Positions 38,326 to 46,991 of a stretch of 64,000 bases of DNA are shown here, piece by piece (positions within the stretch are counted from its first letter, which is position 1; the number at the start of each line of letters is the position of its first letter). Below the pieces are notes generated by a model. The model was not told where the DNA came from, ran no database searches, and worked only from the letters and a program-made list of their open reading frames with translations. Position numbers and translations under genes: made by a program. The stretch covers positions 2,400,001 through 2,464,000 of the forward strand of contig OY969696.1 in assembly GCA_963702005.1 (NCBI GenBank). The letters are read 5' to 3'. This stretch comes from Candidatus Aminicenantes bacterium (lineage in GTDB: Bacteria; Acidobacteriota; Aminicenantia; Aminicenantales; JAFGBC01).

Positions 38326-40323
38326 ATGAGAAAAATAAAGATTATTTCTTTCCTTCTACTGGTGTCCGTGCTCGCCCTCCAGGCGTTGAGCGTCGGAGCG
38401 AACCCCGTCCGGGTTAAAACCTACAGCGTCTCCTCGCCCGACAACCGTCTCGTGTTCCGGTTCCTTGTCGCCGAAAACGTCCAGTACGCGGTCTCCTGGA
38501 ACGGGATCAAGATCATGGAATCCTCGGAGATAGCGATGGCCCTGGCCGATGGCCGGACGCTCGGCGCGAACCCCAAAGTCGCCGACGTCAAGCGCCGTTC
38601 GGTCCGGGAAACGATCAAGCCGCCCGTCGCCGAGAAGAGGTCGGTCATCGCGGATAACTTCGAGGAATTGACCCTCGTTTTCAAGGGCGATTACAGCCTG
38701 ACCGCCCGGGTCTATAACGACGGCGCCGCCTACCGCTTTGCGACGCGGCTCCCGGGCGAAATCAAAGTTGTCTCAGAGGAGGCAGTCTTCCGCTTCGGCG
38801 GCAACTATTACGCCTATATGCCCTTCACGCCGAGCCTCCACACATCATTCGAGTCCAATTACAGCCACCTGCCCCTGGACGAGGTCGGGGCGGGACGCTT
38901 CTGCTTCGCGCCCGTCCTGGTCGAGATCCCGGGAGGTCCCAAGGTCGCCGTCACCGATGCCGACCTCGAGGATTATCCGGGGATGTTCCTGACCGGAAAC
39001 GGAGAAGGCCGTCCCGAGCTCAGGGGCTTGTTCGCCCCCTATCCGCTCGAGGAGAAGCTTCGGGAGAAGAGCGACCGGGAGCTTCTCGTCACGCGAAGCG
39101 CCGACGCCATCGCCGTCACCCGGGGGACGCGGACGTTCCCCTGGCGGGTCATCGCCGTCGCCGAGAAGGACGGAGGGCTGATCGAGAGCGACCTCATCTA
39201 CCGGCTGGCCCGGCCCACGGTCCTCGCCGACACGGCGTGGATAAAACCCGGCAAGGTCGCCTGGGACTGGTGGAACGCCAACGGCCTGTTCGGCGTCGAC
39301 TTCAAGTCCGGGCTGAACACGGCGACCTACGAGCGCTATATCGACTTCGCCTCAAGCCACGGGATCGAGTACGTCATCCTGGACGAGGGATGGTCTTTGC
39401 CGGCCGACCTGTTCCAGATCAATCCCGAAATCGACATGGAGACCCTGCTCGGCTACGCCCGGGACCGAAACGTCGGGCTCATCCTGTGGTGCGTATGGCT
39501 GACCCTGGATCAGCAGCTCGACCGGGCCCTGGACCAATTCGGGAAATGGGGAGTCAAAGGGATCAAGGTCGATTTCATGGACCGGGACGATCAGAAGATG
39601 GTCCAATTCTATTGGCGGACGGCCGCCGCCGCGGCCGCAAAGCATCTTATCGTGGATTTCCACGGCGCCCACAAGCCGACCGGGCTGCGCCGGGCCTACC
39701 CCAACGTCCTGACCAAGGAAGGAGTGCTGGGGCTGGAATACAGCAAATGGAGCGACCGGGTCAGCCCCGAGCACGACCTCCTCATTCCGTTCATAAGGAT
39801 GTTCGCCGGCCCCATGGATTTCACCCCTGGCGCCATGATCAACGCCCAGAAGCAGGATTTCCGCGCCGTTTTCGAGACGCCGATGAGCCAGGGCACACGC
39901 TGTCATCAGCTGGCCATGTACGTCGTCTATGAAAGCCCGCTCCAGATGCTCTGCGATTCGCCCTCCCGCTACGAAAAGGAGAGCGAGGCCATGGAATTCC
40001 TCAGCCGGGTGCCGACGACTTGGGACGAGACAAGGGTTCTTGACGCCAAGGTCTCGGACTATGCGGTCGTCGCCCGGAGAAAGGGGGAGGACTGGTATCT
40101 AGGGGCCATGACGGACTGGACGGCCCGCAGCTTCGAGGTCAAGCTCGACTTCCTGGGCCCGGGAAGCTTCGACGCCCTTATTTTCAGGGACGGCGCCAAC
40201 GCCTCGCGTTTTGCCTCCGATTACAAGAAGGAAGCCGCTCGCGTTGCCCAAGGGGATGTCCTGAAGCTCGATCTCGCTCCGGGCGGCGGCTGGGCGGCAG
40301 TTCTGTCACACAAAAAAGACTGA
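38326..40323 (+). CDS. Glycoside hydrolase family 97
   Basis: WIKPGKVAWDWW, YVILDEGW, GIKVDFMDRDDQ, DFHG, EGVLGLE, GPMDFTPG, SPLQM, WDET. Confidence 0.92.
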   Translation: MRKIKIISFLLLVSVLALQALSVGANPVRVKTYSVSSPDNRLVFRFLVAENVQYAVSWNGIKIMESSEIAMALADGRTLGANPKVADVKRRSVRETIKPPVAEKRSVIADNFEELTLVFKGDYSLTARVYNDGAAYRFATRLPGEIKVVSEEAVFRFGGNYYAYMPFTPSLHTSFESNYSHLPLDEVGAGRFCFAPVLVEIPGGPKVAVTDADLEDYPGMFLTGNGEGRPELRGLFAPYPLEEKLREKSDRELLVTRSADAIAVTRGTRTFPWRVIAVAEKDGGLIESDLIYRLARPTVLADTAWIKPGKVAWDWWNANGLFGVDFKSGLNTATYERYIDFASSHGIEYVILDEGWSLPADLFQINPEIDMETLLGYARDRNVGLILWCVWLTLDQQLDRALDQFGKWGVKGIKVDFMDRDDQKMVQFYWRTAAAAAAKHLIVDFHGAHKPTGLRRAYPNVLTKEGVLGLEYSKWSDRVSPEHDLLIPFIRMFAGPMDFTPGAMINAQKQDFRAVFETPMSQGTRCHQLAMYVVYESPLQMLCDSPSRYEKESEAMEFLSRVPTTWDETRVLDAKVSDYAVVARRKGEDWYLGAMTDWTARSFEVKLDFLGPGSFDALIFRDGANASRFASDYKKEAARVAQGDVLKLDLAPGGGWAAVLSHKKD

Positions 40324-40328
40324 GGACG

Positions 40329-40462
40329 TTGACAAGGGGGGGCGTTTCCTGTATCGTAAAGCCTCGCAATAAAGGCGTGCCCACAATAAGTTGTATGATA
40401 TTCGGCTTAATACCATATATTGAATATTTTGCTTGACAAACAGCCTTAGATTAGCATAAAAT
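40329..40462 (+). promoter_or_regulatory. AT-rich region with two tandem sigma70 promoters
   Basis: TTGACA(40329)-17-TATCGT(40352) and TTGACA(40433)-18-TAAAAT(40457). Confidence 0.55.
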
Positions 40463-40525
40463 AAGTCCAGCACCAAGGCAGAAAAGGGCAAATCTTAAGC
40501 TTAGCAAGCTTTAAAACAAGCTAAA

Positions 40526-42742
40526 ATGAAAAGGCATATACGCAGAGCAAGGTACTTCTTTATCGCCTTCCTGGCGCTTTTTTTCTTCGGGGGGCGGCCG
40601 GTCGAATTTGGCAAGGAAAACTCATTTTTTCACGGCTTCCTCATCCCTAACCCGGTCATTAAGATCGGGCTGGGGGTCAACCTGAGCGATATCGAGATCG
40701 CCTCCTCCTCGGGGATGAAGGTCTATGAGGTCAACCGGGATTACCGGTTGGTATCGGACGACGCCCAGGAAGTCCGCATTAAAGGGCGCCGCGAGAAGCT
40801 TTCCGAGAAATTCGTCATCCTGATCGCCCATGCCCAAGAGAGGAAAGAAGCCGAGATCATGGCCCGGGATCTTAAAGCCAAGCTCGGCAGGAAGGTCTAT
40901 GTCGAAGAAAATAAAGAGGATGAGCTGGGCGTATCATTTGAGGTCAAGGTCGGCGACTTTCTGACCAGAGGCGAAGCCCTCGCCTTCATCAAAGAGCTCA
41001 ACGCGGCCGGGGTGAGCGAAGCCTGGATCCTGACCGAGGAGGTCACGGTCGCGGAGTCCAAGCCGCTCTGGATCCTGGTCAACGATCAGCTCCAGAACCT
41101 CACCGAGGAAACCGTCCTCTACTTCATTCCCGCCAACCAGGAGAGCTTTCTGAGCTTCAACGGGAGAAGCTACCGGGGCATCTTCATCCTCAGGTCGAGC
41201 CGGAAGGGAATGGCCCTGGTCAACCTCCTCAATGTTGAAGACTACCTGAAGGGAGTCGTCCCCAACGAACTTTCGCCCTCCGGGTTCAACGAAATCGAGG
41301 CCCTCAAAGCCCAGGCCGTGGCGGCCAGAACCTACGCCATCAAGAACCTCGGCGAGAACCAAGATCTGGGCTTTGACCTCTGGAATACGGCCAAATCCCA
41401 GGTCTACCGGGGTATCGACAGCGAGCTCCCCATGAGCAATAAGGCGGTGGACGAGACCAAAGGAGAGGTCGTCCTCTACCGTGGGGCGCTCATCAATGCC
41501 CTCTACACGAGCACCTGCGGCGGCCGGACCGAAAACAGCGAGAACGTCTTCGGAGGCAAGGCCGTTCCCTACCTAAGGAGCACGGTTTGTGTCTATGAAA
41601 AGAAGCCCGAGTGGGCCGTCGAAACCGAGCGGGACGCCCCGGCCCGGGCCCAGGTCTTCGGCAACGATATATCTCTCGAAATCGCCTCCTTGACGGCCTT
41701 CGGCGTTATCCCCGGAGGAAGCGATCCGGTCGCCTTCAGGGAGATGGTCCAGCCCGAGGAGGCCGCCGAATGGATCCGGAAAGCCCTGGCTGTCCTCGGT
41801 CCCCAGGCCGAAACGGTCGCCTATCCGGCTCCGGCCGTAACGTTCGCTACTCTCGCTCCCTTGATTGTCCGGGTCTTCCACTGGCGGGATCGCGTCCACA
41901 ACCTCCTTATCGATGAAGAGGTCGCCTACATCACGGAGAAGCAGCCGGGCCTGGCGGCCGCGGACAGGGAAAACCTGGCCTATCTCGTTTGGGCCGAGGT
42001 TTTTCCTCCCCTGGACGTCATGGGCAGTCCGGATAGGGCGCTATCCCGCGGCGAGCTCATCCATGCCCTCTACAAGGTCCTGACGAGTTCCAAGGACTTG
42101 AGCCATTACGGGACCGTCGAAGAGATCGGCCGGGATGATATAACCGTCATGGAGGACCTTCAGAAAAGAACCCTGCGCGTCCCGCCCGAGATCTTTCTGG
42201 TCAGGGATTATCTGGAGGGCCACTCTTTTCCGGTGAGCCTGTCGCTCTGGCCCGGGGACAGGGTCCGCTGGCTGGAGCGGGACGGGATCATGGCCCTCCT
42301 CGAGGTCGCCCCTTCGCCCGATACGAACGTCCTGGATCGGACATCGACCTTCCACCGCTGGCAGGTCCGCCGCTCCCGGGAGGAGCTCGAAAAGCTTGTC
42401 AATCAGTATTATCCCGTCGGCCGTCTGGTGGACATCTTCGACCAGAAGCGGGGCGAGTCGGGACGCGTCACGGAACTCCTCGTCATCGGCGGCGAAGGCC
42501 AGACGATCGTGACCGGCCTCAAGGTCCGTTATGTGCTGGGGCTCAAGGACACTCTATTCGCCATCGATCGCGAGTACGACGGCGAGGGCAAGGTGGCCTT
42601 CTTCACCTTCTCCGGAAAGGGCTGGGGACACGGCGTCGGACTCTGCCAGGTCGGGGCGTTCGGGATGGCCCAACAGGGCGCCCGCTACCAGGAGATTCTC
42701 AAAAAGTACTACCAGGGCGTCAAGATCGACAAGGCCTACTGA
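40526..42742 (+). CDS. SpoIID/LytB domain protein (lytic transglycosylase) with SPOR-like domain
   Basis: EDYLKGVVPNE, ALKAQAVAARTY, SQVYRG, STCGGRTE, GWGHGVGLCQVGA, ILKKYY. Confidence 0.88.
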   Translation: MKRHIRRARYFFIAFLALFFFGGRPVEFGKENSFFHGFLIPNPVIKIGLGVNLSDIEIASSSGMKVYEVNRDYRLVSDDAQEVRIKGRREKLSEKFVILIAHAQERKEAEIMARDLKAKLGRKVYVEENKEDELGVSFEVKVGDFLTRGEALAFIKELNAAGVSEAWILTEEVTVAESKPLWILVNDQLQNLTEETVLYFIPANQESFLSFNGRSYRGIFILRSSRKGMALVNLLNVEDYLKGVVPNELSPSGFNEIEALKAQAVAARTYAIKNLGENQDLGFDLWNTAKSQVYRGIDSELPMSNKAVDETKGEVVLYRGALINALYTSTCGGRTENSENVFGGKAVPYLRSTVCVYEKKPEWAVETERDAPARAQVFGNDISLEIASLTAFGVIPGGSDPVAFREMVQPEEAAEWIRKALAVLGPQAETVAYPAPAVTFATLAPLIVRVFHWRDRVHNLLIDEEVAYITEKQPGLAAADRENLAYLVWAEVFPPLDVMGSPDRALSRGELIHALYKVLTSSKDLSHYGTVEEIGRDDITVMEDLQKRTLRVPPEIFLVRDYLEGHSFPVSLSLWPGDRVRWLERDGIMALLEVAPSPDTNVLDRTSTFHRWQVRRSREELEKLVNQYYPVGRLVDIFDQKRGESGRVTELLVIGGEGQTIVTGLKVRYVLGLKDTLFAIDREYDGEGKVAFFTFSGKGWGHGVGLCQVGAFGMAQQGARYQEILKKYYQGVKIDKAY

Positions 42743-42763
42743 GCCTCGCTCTTCTTTTTTCCT

Positions 42764-42833
42764 TTGACCCGTTCGCCGACGCTAAGCCCAGCCTTGCAGT
42801 ACTCGTGGCTTCCATGGGTGTCGAGGGGTTGAC
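42764..42833. mobile_element. Palindrome element, copy B (short)
   Basis: TTGACCCGTTCGCCGACGCTAAGCCC..GTCGAGGGGTTGAC, with TTGAC at both ends as in copy A. Internal ACTCGTGG-CTT-CCATGGGT stem. Confidence 0.6.
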
Positions 42834-42858
42834 ACGGCCCGCAGCCGTCCCCTATAAT
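42829..42858 (+). promoter_or_regulatory. Consensus sigma70 promoter of speE
   Basis: TTGACA-18 nt-TATAAT, ending 9 nt before ATG 42868. Confidence 0.7.
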
Positions 42859-42867
42859 TTTTTTGCC

Positions 42868-43710
42868 ATGAACAGCCGTCACTCCGGACGCCGGCCCCTC
42901 GAGTTCCGCGAGGACCAGACGCCGACGAGCGGGATTTTTTTCAAAGCACGCCGTTCCCTCTATCGGGGCCGCTCCCGCTTCCAGCGGATCGAGGTTTTCG
43001 AGAACGACGCCTTCGGCCGCGTCCTGTTCCTGGACGGCTTGGTCCAGACGACCGAAAAGGACGAATTTTTCTACCATGAGATGCTCGTCCATCCCGCCCT
43101 CCTCCGGCATCCCCGGCCGCGCCGGGTCCTGATCATCGGGGGAGGGGACGGCGGCGCCTTGCGCGAAGTCCTGCGCCATCCCGTTGAAAAGGCGACCTTA
43201 GTCGAAATCGACGGCCGTGTCATCGAAGTCTGCAAGGAACATTTCGGCTGGCTGCGGCCCGCCCTGCGCGGCGGCCGGGCCGAAATCGTCGTCGACGACG
43301 GGAACGTATTTCTCAACAGGACCCGGGACCGTTTCGACGTCATCCTGGTCGACTCCTCGGACCCGGTCGGCCCCTCGACGGTCCTCCATCAGAAGGCGTT
43401 TTATGAAAGAGTCAAGCGCCGCCTGTCGCCGGGAGGGATCGCGGCCGCCCAGGCCGGCGCCTTGCTCTACCATCTCGATTCCCACCGCCGCAAGAACGCC
43501 TTCCTCCGGACGCTCTTCCGCCACGCCCATTTCTATATCGGTCCCGTCCCGACCTATCCCGGCGGTATGTGGTGCTATGTTTTTTGTTCGGACAGGATCC
43601 TTCCCCTCGGCCGCCTCCGGCGGGCGCCGGCGGGACTCCGCTACTACAATCCCGAGGTCCATAGGGCCGCCTTCGCCCTGCCCAACCTGCTGGCCGAAAA
43701 GCTGCGCTGA
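42868..43710 (+). CDS. speE: Polyamine aminopropyltransferase (spermidine synthase)
   Basis: LDGLVQTTEKDEFFYHEM, IIGGGDGG, VEID, DSSDPVG, PTYPGG. Confidence 0.92.
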   Translation: MNSRHSGRRPLEFREDQTPTSGIFFKARRSLYRGRSRFQRIEVFENDAFGRVLFLDGLVQTTEKDEFFYHEMLVHPALLRHPRPRRVLIIGGGDGGALREVLRHPVEKATLVEIDGRVIEVCKEHFGWLRPALRGGRAEIVVDDGNVFLNRTRDRFDVILVDSSDPVGPSTVLHQKAFYERVKRRLSPGGIAAAQAGALLYHLDSHRRKNAFLRTLFRHAHFYIGPVPTYPGGMWCYVFCSDRILPLGRLRRAPAGLRYYNPEVHRAAFALPNLLAEKLR

Positions 43711-43737
43711 AGAGCTATTTCGGCTCCGCCCTCGCGC

Positions 43738-44715
43738 TTAGCCTTCGAGTCGCCTCTCGTCCCTTTTTGTGCGGAGGGCCCGCAGCATGTCCGCGGTCAT
43801 CGCGGCCAGATCGTAGGACGGCGCCCAGCCCCATTCCTCCCGGGCGGCCGAATCGTCGATCGATTCGGGCCAGGAGTCGGCGATGGCCTGACGAAAGTCC
43901 GGCTTGTAGGCGCAGACGAAGCCGGGGAGGTGTTTGCGGATTTCGGCTGCCAGTTCCCCGGCCGAGAAGCTCACGGCCGAGACGTTGAAATTGGAATGAT
44001 GTTTGAGACGGCCGAAATCGGCGTCCATCAAGTCCACGACGGACTTGAGGCAGTCCGGCATATACATCATGGGGAGGCGGGTCTCTTCCTTGAGAAAGCA
44101 CGTGTACTTTCCGGACTTGACGGCGTCATAGAAAATGGCGACGGCGTAATCGGTCGTGCCCCCGCCGGGAAGGGTCTCGTGGCTGATGATGCCTGGGAAG
44201 CGGCAGCCCCTAACGTCGAGGCCGAACTTGCGCACGTAGTAATCGCACAGGTATTCGCCGGCGACCTTGGTGACGCCGTACATCGTCCGGGGGTCGAGGA
44301 TCGTGTCCTGGGGCGTGTTTGGGCGGGGGGTGGCCGGGCCGAATACGGCGATCGAGCTCGGGACGAAGACGCGGACGAGGCTCTCCTCGCGGGCGACCTC
44401 GAGGACGGCGTGGGTTCCGTCCATGTTGACGCGCCAGGCCTTGTCCGGCTGCTTCTCGCCCACGGCGGACAGGATGGCGGCCAGGTGGTAGATCGTATCG
44501 ATCCGGTATTTGCGGACGACGGCCTTGAGGGCCTTGATGTCCGTGATGTCCAAGCGTTCAAACGGGCCGGCTTCTCCGAAAGCGGCGAAGGGGGCGGCGA
44601 TATCGGAAGCGACGACGTTGGCGGCCCCGTGCCGGGTTCGGAGCAGGGCCGTCAGCTCGGACCCGATCTGGCCGATGGCGCCGGTGATCAGGATCGTCTT
44701 CATATCTTTAGCCAT
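43738..44715 (-). CDS. SDR/epimerase-type L-threonine 3-dehydrogenase-like protein
   Basis: TGAIGQIG, HLAAILSA, PSSIAVFG, YGVTK, GGGTTDYAV, LPMMYMPD. Confidence 0.82.
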   Translation of the reverse strand: MAKDMKTILITGAIGQIGSELTALLRTRHGAANVVASDIAAPFAAFGEAGPFERLDITDIKALKAVVRKYRIDTIYHLAAILSAVGEKQPDKAWRVNMDGTHAVLEVAREESLVRVFVPSSIAVFGPATPRPNTPQDTILDPRTMYGVTKVAGEYLCDYYVRKFGLDVRGCRFPGIISHETLPGGGTTDYAVAIFYDAVKSGKYTCFLKEETRLPMMYMPDCLKSVVDLMDADFGRLKHHSNFNVSAVSFSAGELAAEIRKHLPGFVCAYKPDFRQAIADSWPESIDDSAAREEWGWAPSYDLAAMTADMLRALRTKRDERRLEG

Positions 44716-44859
44716 GGATGAGGACCTCGCAGGACGAATTATTGAATAAGAAAGGATTACTTATATCGTGACCACGCCGGGATGTCAATATGGACTCTGC
44801 GCCGGCGGAGGCCGGTTTCGCGTATAATAGGGGCGATCCTTCGGGAAGGAGCATAAGGA

Positions 44860-45576
44860 ATGGATGAAAGGGTTGCTCTCGTCACGGGTTCGGCCCGAGG
44901 CATGGGGCGCGCCATCGCCCTATCCCTGGCTGAGGACTGCGCCGCCGTGGCCGTTCACTTCCGGAGTGACGCGGCCGGCGCGGATGAGACCGTCAAGTCC
45001 ATCATGGGGACGGGCACAAAGTGCGCGGCCTTTCGCGCCGATTTGGCGAACGAAACGGAGGTCACGGCGCTGGTCGGGTCCGTCGAGAAGGCGTTCGGCC
45101 GGATCGACATCCTGGTCAACAACGTCGGGCCCTTCCTGGTCAAAGCCTGGCACGAACTCGGCGCCCAGGACTGGGACGGCCTCCTCCGCGTCAATTTGAT
45201 TGGCGCCTTTTCCTGCATGAAGGCCGTCCTCCCCGGCATGCGCCGCAGGAAGTGGGGGAGGATCATCAACATCGGCTACAGCCGAGCCGAGCAGCTCGGC
45301 GCTTTCCCGACCATCGCGCCCTACGCCGTTGCCAAGACGGGCCTCGTCATCCTAACCCGGACCGCCGCCAAGACCGAAGCCGTCCACGGGATCACGGTCA
45401 ACTTAGTCTCGCCGGGGCTCATCAAGGGGGGGGCCCTGCCCGCGGACAAGAACCTTGATCCGGAGACGCTGGGGAGCTTCGAGGACGTCGCCCGGGCCGT
45501 CTTGAGCTTGGCTTCAGAGAGCGCTTCCAAGGTGACCGGGACCAACATCATCGTCGCCGGGACTTGGAAAATGTGA
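44860..45576 (+). CDS. Short-chain dehydrogenase/reductase
   Basis: TGSARGMG, DILVNNVG, YAVAK. Confidence 0.85.
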   Translation: MDERVALVTGSARGMGRAIALSLAEDCAAVAVHFRSDAAGADETVKSIMGTGTKCAAFRADLANETEVTALVGSVEKAFGRIDILVNNVGPFLVKAWHELGAQDWDGLLRVNLIGAFSCMKAVLPGMRRRKWGRIINIGYSRAEQLGAFPTIAPYAVAKTGLVILTRTAAKTEAVHGITVNLVSPGLIKGGALPADKNLDPETLGSFEDVARAVLSLASESASKVTGTNIIVAGTWKM

Positions 45577-45709
45577 TCCGGGCCGGCTACATCGCGGACT
45601 GAAGTTCGCCTCCCAGCCGGTTCATTCGTTCCTCTGCCTTTTCCGCACTCCGCCGCGCTTTCCTTGCCTTAAGCCGTCCTTTGTGGATAATGAGGGGCCA
45701 GGATCGGAT

Positions 45710-46897
45710 ATGTTCGAAGACGCGGCGGGACGGCTTAAAGCGAACCTGGGAAAGATCTACCTCTATAAGTTCCTGGGAGACGCCTGGATCATCGCGCCCA
45801 TCCTGATCCCGTTCTATATGTCGAACGGTCTGAATTCGACGCAGGTCTTCACCATCCAGGCGGCCTATGCGCTGTCCATTCTCCTTTTCGAGGTTCCTTC
45901 CGGCTACCTGGCGGACGTCATCGGGCGGCGCGGGACGCTCATCTTGGGAGCGGCCCTGCTGCCGGCCGGCGTTGCGGTCTATGCCTTCACGGACCGGTTC
46001 TGGACCTTCGTGCTGGCCGAATTCGTGATCGCCGTCGGGAACAGCATGCGATCCGGGTCGGATTCGGCTTTCATCTACGACACGCTGATCCGGCTGGGAC
46101 AGGAAAGCCGGTACAAGGCGTTCGAGGGCAAGGCCTTCTTTTTTTCCAGGCTGGGATCCTCGCTGTCGGCCGTCCTGGGGGGCGTCCTGGCGGCATCCTC
46201 GCTCCGGCTCCCGTTCTACGTCAACATCGCCGCCGCGGCCTTGATGCTGCCCCTGGCCCTGTCCCTCGTCGAGCCCGAGCGGACAAAAATTGAGTCTCCC
46301 CATCCCTTCCGCGATATCCTCGGCGTCTGCCGGATCATGTTAACTCACCCCCGCCTCCGGCCCCTTGTCCTTTTAACGGCTCTGATCATGAGCACGGGGA
46401 TCGTCGGGCTCTGGTCCTATTTTCTCTACTACCGGGCCTTGGGCATCGGCATCGGCTATTTCGGAGTTCTGTTCGCCCTGTCCCAACTGGCCGGCGCGGC
46501 CGGTTCGAAAAGCGCTCATCGCTTGGAGGCCCGCTTCGGCCCCAAGTGGGGCCTCCTGATCATCCTCCCGATCGGGTTGAATTTCTTTATTCTCGGGCTC
46601 GTCGGCTCCCTCTGGGTGTTTCCGGCCATCCTCCTCAACCTGTTCCTTTGGGGCTATTCGTTTCCGGTCCTGCTCGACCGCATGAACCGGCGGATCGCCT
46701 CCCAGGTCAGGGCCACCGCCCTCTCGCTGGCGTCCATGGCCGGAAGCCTGGCCTTCGCTCTTCTCTCCCCCGCTTTCGGCCGCATCGTGGATGCCGTCTC
46801 TCTGCGTGCCGCTTATTTCGTCCTGTCCGGAATTTTTTTGGGCGGGACGCTGCTCCTCCTGGCGATCCTGCTCAGACCTTGTCCTGAGGGTTCCTAG
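45710..46897 (+). CDS. MFS transporter
   Basis: EVPSGYLADVIGRR, SGSDSAFIYD, RATALS; about 12 TM segments. Confidence 0.88.
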   Translation: MFEDAAGRLKANLGKIYLYKFLGDAWIIAPILIPFYMSNGLNSTQVFTIQAAYALSILLFEVPSGYLADVIGRRGTLILGAALLPAGVAVYAFTDRFWTFVLAEFVIAVGNSMRSGSDSAFIYDTLIRLGQESRYKAFEGKAFFFSRLGSSLSAVLGGVLAASSLRLPFYVNIAAAALMLPLALSLVEPERTKIESPHPFRDILGVCRIMLTHPRLRPLVLLTALIMSTGIVGLWSYFLYYRALGIGIGYFGVLFALSQLAGAAGSKSAHRLEARFGPKWGLLIILPIGLNFFILGLVGSLWVFPAILLNLFLWGYSFPVLLDRMNRRIASQVRATALSLASMAGSLAFALLSPAFGRIVDAVSLRAAYFVLSGIFLGGTLLLLAILLRPCPEGS

Positions 46898-46991
46898 GAC
46901 GCGTTTTCCGGCGGCGGTTGCCGTCCGGAAGGCGCCGATGATACAATTCGCCCTGTCCGGAGGGGATATGCGCGTTCGAAAGGAGACGGCC

